From assembly GCA_963733035.1 (NCBI GenBank), contig CAVTBU010000005.1:2880001-2944000 (forward strand): 64,000 bases of DNA, written 5' to 3'. This document shows, one piece after another, positions 18,609-30,107 of the stretch. Position 1 is the first letter of the stretch, and each line of letters begins with the position of its first letter. Below the pieces are notes generated by a model, which saw only the letters and a program-made list of their open reading frames with translations, ran no database searches and had not been told where the DNA came from. The position numbers and the translations under genes were made by a program. This DNA is from Pirellulales bacterium (GTDB taxonomy: Bacteria > Planctomycetota > Planctomycetia > Pirellulales > PALSA-1355).

Positions 18609-21237
18609 ATGAGCCGCACGTTTTGGCTGATTATGCTCGGCTGTCTATCCGTCGCACCGCCTCTGCGGGCGGCCGATGACGAGCCGCTGACGTTCGAAAA
18701 GCACGTTCGCCCGATCTTCAAGGCGCATTGTTTTCGCTGCCACGGCGGCGAGGAAGAGGCGAAGGCCGGCCTCGATTTGCGTCTGCGCCGCTTGATGGCC
18801 GCCGGTGGCGAGTCGGGGCCGGCAATTGTGCCAGGTAACCAAGCCGAGAGCCTGTTGGTCGAGCGGCTGCGAAGCGGCGAAATGCCCCCCACCGACAAGA
18901 AACTCTCGCCGGAAGAGGTGGCCCTGATTGCCGCCTGGGTCGAATCCGGCGCAAAGACCGCTCGGGCCGAGCCGGATTCGGTTGACGAAGGTCCTGAGGT
19001 GACGGCCGAGGAGCGGGAGTTCTGGTCTTTTCGGCCGTTGCCCGCGGAAGTGCCGATCCCTGGCTTTGATTCGGCCGATCGGGTACGGACGCCGATCGAT
19101 GCGTTCTTGGTGCGGCGACTGCGAGCAAAGGAGCTCGCGTTTTCTCCAGACGCGGAAAAGGCAACGTTGTTGATTCGCGCGACGTTCGACCTGACGGGGC
19201 TGCCGCCGAGTCGCGAGGAGCTGGCGTACTTTCTAGCGGATACCGATCCGCAGGCCTATGAGAGGGCGATCGATCGGTTGCTCGACTCGCCGCACTATGG
19301 CGAGCGGTGGGGCCGATTCTGGCTGGACGTGGCTGGTTATGCGGATTCCGATGGCTATACGTCCGAGGATCGCGCGCGGCCATTCGCCTACAAATATCGT
19401 GACTATGTAATTCGCGCATTCAATGCCGACATGCCGCTTGACCGCTTCATCACCGAACAATTGGCGGGCGACGAACTCATCGAGGGCGACCTGAAAAATC
19501 TCACACCCGAGAACATTGAAAAGTTGGCGGCGACGGGATTCTTGCGAATGGCGGCGGACGGGACGGCAACCGGCGGCATCGATCAGGACCTGGCCCGCAA
19601 CCAGGTTTTGGCCGACACGATCAAGATTGTCAGCACGTCGCTGTTGGGGTTGAGCGTCGGCTGCGCAGTGTCACGACCATCGCTACGACCCGATTCCGCA
19701 GAAGGACTACTATCGTCTCAGGGCCGTATTCGAACCGGCGTACGACTGGAAGAATTGGCGCGTGCCCGACCAGCGACTCGTTTCGCTGTGGACCGATGCC
19801 GAGCGGGCAAAGGCGGCGGAAGTCGACGCTGAAGTGGCCGAGGTTCGCAAGGATCGAGACGCCAGGCAGGCGGCGTTTCTTGACGAAGCGCTCGAAATGG
19901 AGCTGGCCAAATTCCCAGAAGACCAGCGCGGGCCGCTGCGCGACGCATTCAAGACACCCGGCGACAAACGCTCCGAAGAGCAAACGAAGTTGTTGGATGC
20001 CAACCCCAGCGTTGGCCGGATCTCGGCGGGGGTCCTCTACCAATACAAGCCAGATGCCGCCGAGGAACTGAAGAAGATCGATGCCAAGATCGCGGAGATT
20101 GCGGCCAAGAAGCCCTTCCAGGACTTTATTCCCGTGCTCAACGAAGTGCCGGGACAGATTCCGCCCACGTTCCTGTTTCACCGCGGCGATCATCAGCAGC
20201 CGAAGGACGAAATTGCGCCCGGCGGTTTGACGGTGTGTTCGCCGCCGGGGGAACGACTGGAAATCGCGGCCAACGACCCGCAGTTGTCGACTTCGGGGCG
20301 CCGGCTAGCATTCGCGCGATGGCTCACGGGCCCAGACAATCCATTGACGGCTCGAGTTCTAGTCAATCGTGTGTGGCTCAATCATTTCGGCCGCGGCCTG
20401 GTGAATACGCCGGCTGATTTTGGCGCCATGGGCGAGTTGCCCTCGCATCCGAAGCTGCTCGACTGGCTGGCGCGCGACTTGATCAGGGGCGGCTGGAAGC
20501 TGAAACGCTTGCACAAGCTGATCATGACCTCGACCGCGTATCGTCAAAGCTCGGCGCGGACGCAGCAGGTGGCCGCGTTTGATCCGGACGATCGTTTGTA
20601 TGCACGGATGCCCGTGCGACGGCTCGACGCCGAGGCCGTTCGGGACCGCATCTTGGCCACCGCCGGTGTACTGACCCGCAAGATGTTCGGATCGGCCGTG
20701 CCGGTGAAGGAGGATGCGGTGGGTCAGATCGTGGTCGGCGTCGATGTGCCGGACGCGGGCGAGGCGCCTGCGGGAAACGAGGCGTTTCGTCGCAGTGTCT
20801 ATGTGCAAGTGCGTCGCAGTCAGCCGTTGGCAATGTTGCACGTATTTGACCAGCCGGTCATGGAGACGAACTGTGAGAGGCGCGCGGTATCGACAGTGGC
20901 CACGCAGGCACTGATGTTGATGAACAGCGATTTCGTGTTGCAGCAGGCCGGCTACTTCGCGAAGCGGATTCGGCAGGAAGTTGCCGGCGATCCGGCCAGG
21001 CAAGTCCAGACCGCGTGGCAATTGGCTTTCGGTCGGTCGCCCGAGCCGGCGGAAGCCGAACGGGCGCTCGCATTCTTGGCGGCCCAAACGGCGCCGAGCT
21101 CGACAGCAGCACCACCTGCCACGGCGGGTGCCAATCCTCCGCCGGCGACCGAGACAGCCACCACCACCGCGATCGACCCGCTCGTCAACCTGTGTCAAGT
21201 GCTACTGAGTACGAACGAGTTCCTGTACGTTGAGTAA
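18609..21237 (+). CDS. PSD1/planctomycete cytochrome c domain protein (DUF1549/DUF1553); 2-nt deletion near 19665
   Basis: Signal peptide; HCFRCHG; PHYGERWGRFWLDVAGYADSDG; GCA[Q]CHDHRYDPIPQ across the indel; NPLTARVLVNRVW, PSHPKLLDWLA, NEFLYVE. Confidence 0.92.
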
Positions 21238-21249
21238 GAGGTCTTCAGC

Positions 21250-22686
21250 ATGTTCCCTAGCCGTCTGTCTTCGCGACGCGACTTCTTGTCCACGAGCGCC
21301 TTGGGCATGGGCAGTGTGGCGCTCGCCTGTTTGCTCCGCGATCAGAACCTGCTTGCGGCGCCGCACATGCCGAAGGAAAACCCGGCCTTCGACCTGACCG
21401 CCAAGCCGCCGCATGCGCCGGCCAAAGCGCGGGCCATGATCTCCCTGTTCATGCACGGTGGACCGAGCCACGTCGATTTGCTCGATCCCAAACCTGAACT
21501 TACCAAACACAGCGGCGCGGACTATCAAGGCGAAGTCGTTTATAGCTTTGCCAATCGGGCCAGCAAGAAGCTACTGGGTAGTCCCTGGAAGTTCTCGAAG
21601 CAGGGCGAATGCGGAACGGAAGTCTCGGAGCTGTTGCCGCATGTGGCCTCGATTGTCGACGACATCGCGATTGTGCGGTCGATGCACACGGACATCAACG
21701 GCCACGAACCGTCGATCTGGTACATGAACACGGGCAAAGCGCAGCCGGGCCGCCCGGCGCTTGGGTCGTGGTTGACCTACGGCTTGGGATCCGAAAGTCA
21801 GGATTTGCCCGCCTACTGCGTCTTGAGCGATCCGGGAGGACACCCGGTCGACGGCGTGCGCAATTGGTCAAACGGCTGGTTGCCACCTTTGTATCAAGGG
21901 ACGGTCATTCGGCCCAAGGAGCCACGGATTCTAAACCTTGATCCGCCGGCTCATCTCCGCGGCCTGCGGCAGCATCAGAACCTCGAGCTACTCGGCGATT
22001 TGAACCGGATGCACTTGGAACGACATCCGGGGGAAACAGACCTCGAAGCGCGGATCGCCAGCTACGAACTGGCCGCCCGGATGCAGTCCGCGGCCAAGGA
22101 GGCGCTCGACATCACGGGCGAGACGCAGGCCACGCGGGAACTGTACGGGCTGGATGATCCGGAAACGGCCGAATATGGCACCCGGTGCCTGATCGCCCGC
22201 CGGCTGGTGGAACGCGGTGTGCGGTTCGTCCAGCTGTTTTTAGGCGGCCAGCCGTGGGACAACCACAATAGCTTGCGGACGTCGCTGCCGGGTATTTGTC
22301 GCAAGACCGATAAGCCGAGCGCGGCCCTGGTGAAGGACCTGAAGAGCCGCGGGCTATTGGATACGACGCTGGTGCACTGGGGCGGTGAAATCGGCCGCTT
22401 GCCGGTTACCGAGGGCGAAGGTGACCAGTGCGGCCGCGACCACAACGGCCAGGGCTTTAGCATGTGGCTTGCCGGCGGCGGGATCAAAGGGGGCATCGCC
22501 TATGGCGAAACCGACGAGTTTGGCCACAAAGCAGCGGTAAATCCCGTGAGCCCCAACGACTATCAGGCTACGCTCCTGCACTTATTTGGCATGGATCACA
22601 ACCGCCTGGCATATTTTCACAATGGCCAGGAGCAGAAGTTTACCGACAACCGGCCCTGCCGCGTGGTCGAAGAGTTGCTCGCTTGA
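21250..22686 (+). CDS. DUF1501 domain protein (Tat signal)
   Basis: SRRDFL, FMHGGPSHVDLLDPKP, ARRLVERGVRFVQ, WGGEIGR, GRDHN. Confidence 0.92.
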   Translation: MFPSRLSSRRDFLSTSALGMGSVALACLLRDQNLLAAPHMPKENPAFDLTAKPPHAPAKARAMISLFMHGGPSHVDLLDPKPELTKHSGADYQGEVVYSFANRASKKLLGSPWKFSKQGECGTEVSELLPHVASIVDDIAIVRSMHTDINGHEPSIWYMNTGKAQPGRPALGSWLTYGLGSESQDLPAYCVLSDPGGHPVDGVRNWSNGWLPPLYQGTVIRPKEPRILNLDPPAHLRGLRQHQNLELLGDLNRMHLERHPGETDLEARIASYELAARMQSAAKEALDITGETQATRELYGLDDPETAEYGTRCLIARRLVERGVRFVQLFLGGQPWDNHNSLRTSLPGICRKTDKPSAALVKDLKSRGLLDTTLVHWGGEIGRLPVTEGEGDQCGRDHNGQGFSMWLAGGGIKGGIAYGETDEFGHKAAVNPVSPNDYQATLLHLFGMDHNRLAYFHNGQEQKFTDNRPCRVVEELLA

Positions 22687-23687
22687 CGCTTGAAGTTGGC
22701 GATGTGGTTCGGCAACCACCGTTCGATGCACTTATAGTCCGAATGCACGTCGTTGTTCGTGGCAACGGCGGCATTGGTCACTTGAGATTCGCCGTCGTCG
22801 ACATGCATCTGGCCGTGCGCGTCGGGGTGCAGGATCTCAGCCATTTTGACGGCCAAAGCGTTGAACTCGCGGGGATTTGTGGGCGCTAGCGCCAGTCGCA
22901 CGTTTTCGTCGCTGCGCGGTGCTTGCGGATCGACGGGCATACAGACCTGGTGATTGCGGATGTTGTGCACGCCGTAGAGCACTTCGATTTCCCACTTGGC
23001 GTTGCGTTCCACTTCCTGACGCAGGTTGAAGGCGGATTGCGCGGCGTTCAGGCCGACGGCCGTTTCAATCAGGGCTTCGCGGTGGCCCGGCATTTGCCGA
23101 GCGTTGGGGCCCCAGACCTGATCGATCGCGTTGGCCCCTTCACGCACGGCCACAAAGATACTTTGGATCAGCGTGCGCAGCATCGGCGAGAGCGAGCGAG
23201 ACCAAAACTTCGTGGGTTGCAGGTAGGCGTCGACCGCGGCGGTCACCGCGCCGCAACCGCTGTGTCCGAGCATTACGACGGTGCGGACGCTATCGCTCAG
23301 GGCGCTCAGGGCAAAGTCAATGCTCCCCATGCAGACGTCGCCCAGTACGTTGCCCGCCACGCGGATGACGAACATTTCGTTGAATCCCTGGCCGAACAGC
23401 ATTTCAGTAGGCACGCGGGCATCGGAGCATCCGACCACCACGGCAAACGGAGTTTGCTTGGGCATCTCACCTTGCGTGCGGCGCATGCCGACTTCCAATC
23501 CGTTGCAGGAGACGACATAGCGGGGCTCGCCCTCGCTGGTGGTGCCGGTGCGGCAACTTTCCATCCACCGCGAGAACATCCGGTTGCCATCCTCGAGGAT
23601 GCGACGGGCCACTTCGGCGTCGCTGGGGATCGGCTTGGCCGAGGGGTTCTTGGGGTCGAAACGGTAGATGTAGTCGATCGTCTTCAT
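22617..23687 (-). CDS. Beta-class carbonic anhydrase
   Basis: Zn ligands VVGCSDARVP and MLGHSGCGAV; IRVAGN; 3' end overlaps the convergent DUF1501 gene by 70 bp. Confidence 0.9.
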   Translation of the reverse strand: MKTIDYIYRFDPKNPSAKPIPSDAEVARRILEDGNRMFSRWMESCRTGTTSEGEPRYVVSCNGLEVGMRRTQGEMPKQTPFAVVVGCSDARVPTEMLFGQGFNEMFVIRVAGNVLGDVCMGSIDFALSALSDSVRTVVMLGHSGCGAVTAAVDAYLQPTKFWSRSLSPMLRTLIQSIFVAVREGANAIDQVWGPNARQMPGHREALIETAVGLNAAQSAFNLRQEVERNAKWEIEVLYGVHNIRNHQVCMPVDPQAPRSDENVRLALAPTNPREFNALAVKMAEILHPDAHGQMHVDDGESQVTNAAVATNNDVHSDYKCIERWLPNHIANFKRQASNSSTTRQGRLSVNFCSWPL

Positions 23688-23907
23688 GTTCGCACCGATT
23701 TCGTGCTTGACGTGGCTCGTGTCTTCGGCAGGCAAACGCCATTCAAACGTGGCGTCAGCTGCTGACGTCGGAGGGAGACAGGGTAGAGCACAGCACAAGT
23801 CGGGTGGCTGCTCTTACCTCCCCAATTGTACCACGCAGATTGACCGAGCCAATTGATTGGAGAATTCGGACCCGGCGGGGGCCGGTAGGCAGGGATGTGA
23901 ATGCGGC

Positions 23908-25353
23908 TCAATCACTTGAGGGGGTTTTCACGGCGTCTCTTGCCGCTTGCAACGCCGGTTTGGCAGCCAAGGCCGGCTTCTCGACGGCGAACCGCTTGGC
24001 ACGCTGGTCAATCAGTTCGCGGGCAACTCGATATCGGGAAGCAACACCCGGTTGCGGATACAATCCGCCTCCCACGATCAAAAAGCTAAGCACGAGCACG
24101 GCAAAGCGTTCTGGCGGGCGGCAGCGCAAGTCGATCGTTCCCGGATGGTGAGTACCGGTAAAGACCAGGAAATAGGCGTGCATGACGGCGAGGCTGTTGA
24201 GCGCCGCAGTGGTCACAATTGCGACGCCAACCAATGGATAGAGTTGCACCGCACCCTCGATGAGTAGCTCGGAGCCGATGAATCCGACCGTGCCGGGAAA
24301 ACCAATACTGGCCAGGCCGGTGATCAAAAACAACGCTGCCAGCAACGGAGTCTTGCCGTAGAGACCGTGGTATTGATCGAGCGAAAGTCGTCCCGTGCGG
24401 GTTTCCACGGCACGGAGCACGAGGCCAAAGCCTGCCATCGACAGGGCGACCGCCAACCAGACGCAAAGCGCGCCGGCGAGCCCGACCGGAGTGACGGTTT
24501 CGAGGCCCACGAAAACGAGCGACGAGTGGCTGAGGAAGATATAGCAAAAGAATCGCCGGGCCTCGCGCTGCACAAGCGCCATGCAGGCGGCGTACAGGGC
24601 TGTTACCAGCGACAGGATGGCGATGCCGTGTAGAGCCCAGTCGGGGGCGATTGGCAACACGAGCCGCAGTGCCGCATAGGCACCAACCATGGGCGTTACA
24701 TACAGCAGACTGGTTCCGAACGAGGCGTGTTCGAATAGATCGGTCATCCAGCAGTGCACCGGCACAATGCCGCTGCGCACCAGTACGGCGGCCATCAACA
24801 GCGCGATTCCCACAATCGATTGCTCGTTGGCGTCGAGCATGAGCTGCCCGGACACCAATAGCGCCACAAACAACAGCATATGAAACGCAAATACGCGAGT
24901 GGGTTTCTTTCGCTTGCGCAATTCAAGCCAGGGCGGAACGACGCCGATCGCCAGCAGCGCGATGATCAGCCACGCTTGATTGGTGGCCAGCGTCCCCAAG
25001 AGAATTGCTTCGGAGGCCAGCGACGAGGCAAAGGACAAATTGCGTACTTTGGTGCCCAGCGTGGCTAAGAAGGTGAGCAAATACAACAGGGCCGCCAGCG
25101 GCAGCAGTGGTGCGTTCAACGAATCAACCACCAGCAGTCGATCACCGAAAGTGGTTAATCCGTCATGGGCTTCGGTTCCCGTCAGCGTTGCAAAGTCGCC
25201 CCAGGCCGCCATGGCGCAAAACAGCGTCGCGGCGGCGATTAGCAGGCTGTGCGTGCGAGCCACGTCCGGGTTGCGCAATCGGCATACCCAAATTGCCCCC
25301 AGCAGGGGCAAGGTCAAGACGGCTTCGATCCACGGGAAGTGAAAGGAGCTCAC
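23908..25353 (-). CDS. Proton-conducting membrane transporter subunit (NuoM/MrpD-like)
   Basis: About 14 TMs; [38 protein letters not shown] overlaps the stop of the upstream NuoL-like gene. Confidence 0.85.
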   Translation of the reverse strand: MSSFHFPWIEAVLTLPLLGAIWVCRLRNPDVARTHSLLIAAATLFCAMAAWGDFATLTGTEAHDGLTTFGDRLLVVDSLNAPLLPLAALLYLLTFLATLGTKVRNLSFASSLASEAILLGTLATNQAWLIIALLAIGVVPPWLELRKRKKPTRVFAFHMLLFVALLVSGQLMLDANEQSIVGIALLMAAVLVRSGIVPVHCWMTDLFEHASFGTSLLYVTPMVGAYAALRLVLPIAPDWALHGIAILSLVTALYAACMALVQREARRFFCYIFLSHSSLVFVGLETVTPVGLAGALCVWLAVALSMAGFGLVLRAVETRTGRLSLDQYHGLYGKTPLLAALFLITGLASIGFPGTVGFIGSELLIEGAVQLYPLVGVAIVTTAALNSLAVMHAYFLVFTGTHHPGTIDLRCRPPERFAVLVLSFLIVGGGLYPQPGVASRYRVARELIDQRAKRFAVEKPALAAKPALQAARDAVKTPSSD

Positions 25354-26746
25354 GTCAGCTCCTCCCCAACCGGCACCGGCGCCATGGCTGGGACTCGATC
25401 GGACTCGCGTGATTGCGTGCCCGACAGAACATCCGTCCACCCGCGCTCCATACGGTCGCACCAGCGGAAGACCTTCAGGAACGGAGCGACGACATATTCG
25501 TCAATCAGGGCGTCGAGGTTCCCGCGCTCGAGTGACAACCGGTAAAGATCCAGACGCATCCGCACGGGGATCCAACGTTGCGATTCTTCTCCGCTGGAGG
25601 GCAGGTGCGAACCGATGGCGTTTTCGAGCGCCCGGTAGTCATGCAACAGCGACGGTGCACGCACCAACTGCATGGTCCGCAGACAGGCATGGCCGATGAT
25701 ATGGATCAAGGGGATATAGCGGAGGCCCAGGCCAATTTCGGCGGTGATGATGCCGACTTGCGTCAGCGAGGCAAACGCCAGGGCACTCTTGGCATCGGAC
25801 TGTACCCGAGCCGTCATCGCCGCGAAAACGGCCGTCGCCAATCCTAGCGTCACGACGATGCCGCTGAGTAGGAGCGAGAGGTCGAGGATCGGGCTGACGC
25901 GCAAGAGCAGGAACGTACCCAGGTGCACCGAGAGCGCACCATAGAACACGGCGCTGGAAGGAGTGGGACCCTCCATGGCGCGGGGCAACCAGCCAGAAAA
26001 TGGAATCAACGCCGATTTGCCAGCAGCAGCCACAAGTAGCAACAATCCGACCAGCAGGGCTTCGGCGCGGTCAGGGCGGCGATGCCCTCGGGCCAGGCGC
26101 CTTGTCCCATCAGGTGGGCAAAGTCACCCTCGCCCGTCATGTGATGCAATGTCACGGCGGCGATCAGAAACGCGGCGTCTGCCACGCGATAGATCGACCA
26201 GATGCGCTGGCCGTTAACGACCGGCGCCGGTCGCTCGTGGAAATAGGCCACCAGCAGCGCCGACGACAGGCCGACAAGTTCCCAGCCGAGGAACAGCATC
26301 TCGATCGTGCCGGCTAGCGAAGCCACGATCATGCCGAGCAGAAAAACGGCATACAACAAGAAGAAACGGTGGAACGCAGGCTCGCGATGCAAGTACCGCT
26401 GGGCAAAAGCGCCGATCGTGCCGACCAATACAAACGACAAGATGGCGAACGGGACCGAGAGCCGATCAAACATCAATCGCAGATGAAAGTGAAAATGCTC
26501 CTCGGCGATCGTCATGAAATTGCCGATCTCGATCGACACGTTTCGCGTGTCGGAAACCAACATCAAGGCCAGAATGCCAATGGCCATGAGCAAACCGGCA
26601 ACCACCGAAACCTGCGTGCAGCGGCAGACGGCATTTTCGCTCAATCGCAGGCCGACGAGCATCGTCAGGCCGATCAGCGTGAGCAGCGCCAATGGGGCAA
26701 TGACGGTGCCAAGCCCGAGGATTGTGAACAGGGTGTCGTAGTTCAT
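25350..26746 (-). CDS. dabB: NuoL/MrpA-like membrane subunit of a Dab/Mps inorganic carbon transporter; 1-nt indel near 26066
   Basis: [49 protein letters not shown] overlaps the dabA stop (ATGA). Confidence 0.8.
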
Positions 26747-29700
26747 GCCGCGGGTTCTCCCGCAGGCCTGGCGTTGGGCTCGCCCCCGGCAACGATGGAG
26801 GCAAAGCCGAGATTCTGCCGCCAGCCGCGATACCAATCGACGGATGAACCGACCGAGGGGAGCGACGTCGTTTCCGGCGTGTAGGGTTCGAAGCGCCCGC
26901 GCCGGAAAACTTGCACGCGCGTTTTGGTCGGGCGCCTGCACCGCCAATTGCACCCACTCGTTGCGCACGAGTTTGCTCAAGCCAGGATTGCGATCAAGGA
27001 TCTCGAGCATGGCTTCCGGCGTGGTTTCGATGACGAACAGAATTCGGACCGGTTCATGAATTTCGACCATTTGCCAGGGGAGCCCACAGCGCAGGTCGCT
27101 GGCGGCTCCGTCCATCACTCCCAACAGGGAAGCGATGTTGTGCGGCAGCTTCGAGCCGCATCCATAGCCAACCGGATCGACGAACGAGAACAGGTATTCC
27201 AGGTTGATTCCCGCGCACACCGGAATGACGGCCTGCAGAATGCGCTCGAGAATCCGATGATCCGGATCTTGGGTGGGGTCGTACGAGGTCAAGAATACGC
27301 GGCGGTCGAAGAACAGGCCTTTGACTCGATTGCGCCGTCCGACGTGGCAAATGGCGTTCGTGGCGTGGCCGAGTTCGGGTCGCACTTGCGAGAGATCCTC
27401 GGACCGACTTTGCACGTGACGGAGGGCAGCCTCGGTGGAAATCGAGAGCTCGGCGGTTTCGAACCGGCGACAACGCTCGTGCGCGTTGCGGCGGCAGGCT
27501 TCATCGATGGTGCGTTTGGCCTGCTCGAAGTCCTCGCGGTGCGTCGAGGGAAGACGATCGAGGTCGGAGTAGCCGACGCTGTCGTCGCACGTGTTGTGGT
27601 AAGCGCCGACAAACACCGTGCTGCGGGGAATGACCAGACCCTTGGAAAACAGGCGTTCTCGAACCCGCGGATCATTGAGCATACCCGCCAGAGCCCGGGC
27701 ATTCGGACCCCCGCGACCGCCGCCGCAGGCACCGCAATCGTACGCCGAGCCGTGTGGATTGTTGACGCTCGAGGAACCGTGACCGGCAATCACAACCAGC
27801 CGGGCGAAACGAGTGGTCATGCCCATGTCCTGCAGAATGCGCAGGCAGATGGCAACCATTTCATCAAGCGAATAGCCGTGATGTCCGTTCCTTGGTCCGG
27901 GCGGCTCGTCCGCACGTTCGATCAGCAACCGCGTCACCGGCGGAGTCTGCACGAAGCTGCCAAACAGGCGTCGGATGCGGGAAGTTAGCCGGGGAAACAG
28001 CACACGCCCTAGCAGCGGCACGGACATGAGCGTGCCAAACAGCGCCGTGAGAACGCCGCCGACGATCGAGCGGCTGCCGGTGTGCAGCCTGTGGCGGGTA
28101 TGTCCGAAGGCGCGGCGGGTGAGCGCGCGGCGTCGATACGACTCCTCGAACGAGTAGACGACTTCTTCTTGCACATAGTGCGAAGGCTTTACGACGACCG
28201 GGCAGAGCGGTACGTAATGGGCGTCGGCGGCGCCGCGATAATACATGGCCACACCGTAGAAACCCGCTACGCCGAAAGTTTCGCAATTCGGTTCGATCTC
28301 TTCCAAGTGGCGGCGGAAGGACTCCTCTCGATCGTCAATGCAGCAGAGCAATTGAAACACGGGCCGCTCGACCGGGGGTCGCACGTGAGCGGCATGGGCC
28401 AATGTCGCGTCAAGGGTTTGAATGCGATAGCGCCGCTCGTAGGCCAGGTGATAGACGCGGCGACGATGGATCGCGGAGAACATCTCGATCTCTTCGACAA
28501 GATGCGCCCATTGGTTCTTGGTTTGTTGATAGAGTTGCGAGGGCTTCCAGCCCATGATCTGGGCCAGTTGAAAGACGAGAAACGCCCGCTGCTCGACGCT
28601 GACTCGCGGAGCGCTCGTAATGCGGCGGTGCAGGCGGGACCTCAACTCGCGAAGCGGTCGCTGGCCGCCGAGCGTCTCGTCTGAGACGTGCGTGAGGGCT
28701 AAGCGTTCAAGCAGCAGTCGCACGGCGAGGTATTCGACCAGTGTGCCGGTCGGTGCCGGATGCAACGTCCACTCGGCATTGGTTTCCATTTGCCAGAGCA
28801 TGCCGGCCCAGCCGCGCAGGCCCAGGAGCGTGCGGGTAATGAATTCGTCGCGCTCCGTTTCCACAACACCAAGCCGCTCGAGCGATTCTTCAATGATTTC
28901 GAGCGGACTCAAGTTGGCCGCTTCAATGCGCCGAATTTCGGCTGGCAGCGCGTGCAGCCAGCGTTCGACTGGCCGGCTGCTGCGATACAATTTCAGCCAC
29001 GACCGGAAGAAACCATCCTCGCGATTCGGCAGCCTCCAAGTGGCGATTCCCTGGTCGAGAAACACCGCGCAAAAACGAATTAAGAAATCGTTCACCAAAC
29101 GGTCGGTGTCACGGCCGGTCACTTCCAGCAGCAGATCGCGGTGCCGAATGGCCGGTGCCGTCGACGCGGCGAAGCGACGCACGCCGTGCACGCCCGCATG
29201 ACAGACCTTCCAGAGCAAGTGCAGCGTGAACGATTCCCAGGTGGCATCGCTCCAGTGCTCGATGCGGGCACCATCAAAGCGGTCGTACAACGATTTGGTG
29301 AGGTCTGAGAGCCTGTGGTCTGGTGCATGTCCGCCGGCCGCCAGATTGCGCATCACCCAGCGCCGGGTGTCGTCGATCATCTGCTCGCGGACATCGGCAC
29401 CGGCGGCCTTGCGAAAGTGGTGCAGCGACTCGGTTTGCGTAATCAGCCAGCGCAACTCGTCGTCGGAACCCAGCCGCAATGGATGCTGGAGCATCGCCAG
29501 GCGGAGACGATACCGCGTGGCCAGGTTTCCAATCTCGCGATCGGCCTCCTCTCCTAGTTCTTCTGCCAGGACGGCCGACAAGTCAGTGGGTTTGATACGC
29601 CCACTGGCGAGCTTCTCTCGATAGTCGATCTCCGCCAAGTACGGATTGCAGCCAAAAACGCTATTCCCATGTCGTACCGCATCGAAAAATAGCTCGTCTT

Positions 29701-29911
29701 CGAAGGCGTGCAGCGTGTTGTGATGCACGAAGACCTGAATCGGATTCTGGGCGGGCAACAGATGGGCCGCGTGGTGAATCTCCGCTTCGAGAGAACGAAG
29801 TCGTTCGGGCAGCTTGCCCGACGCCGGCAGATATGCCTCAATCGTCGCTGGATGAATCACGGTGTGAGGTGGACCCTTGTTCTCAGGTTCCGAAGCGGAT
29901 GCGGCTTGCAC
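26743..29911 (-). CDS. dabA: DUF2309/UPF0753 probable inorganic carbon transporter subunit DabA; 1-nt indel near 26918
   Basis: [74 protein letters not shown]; true C-terminus ...[15 protein letters not shown]...EPAA* is in another frame. Confidence 0.9.
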
Positions 29912-30107
29912 AGAAGGCAGGCAATTTTTGCGGGAAAGAAATCGAAGGTCGCCCGCACCGCCTGTCGTGCAATTCTAAGATCGCTTCTCAAACGGTGTCC
30001 AGATTGACAGTGCAAAATTAAGAGTTTGTCATTTCAACACGCCGTGGTCAGGCAATGTATGCGCGACGACATTACATTTGCTTCTGATAGGCAATTATTT
30101 GCAACAG

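Noticed and set aside
26006..29911. Apparent 1301-aa DabA-DabB fusion in the ORF track
   Set aside because: An indel near 26918 causes it; the natural DabA C-terminus ends at TGA 26743-26745, overlapping the DabB ATG
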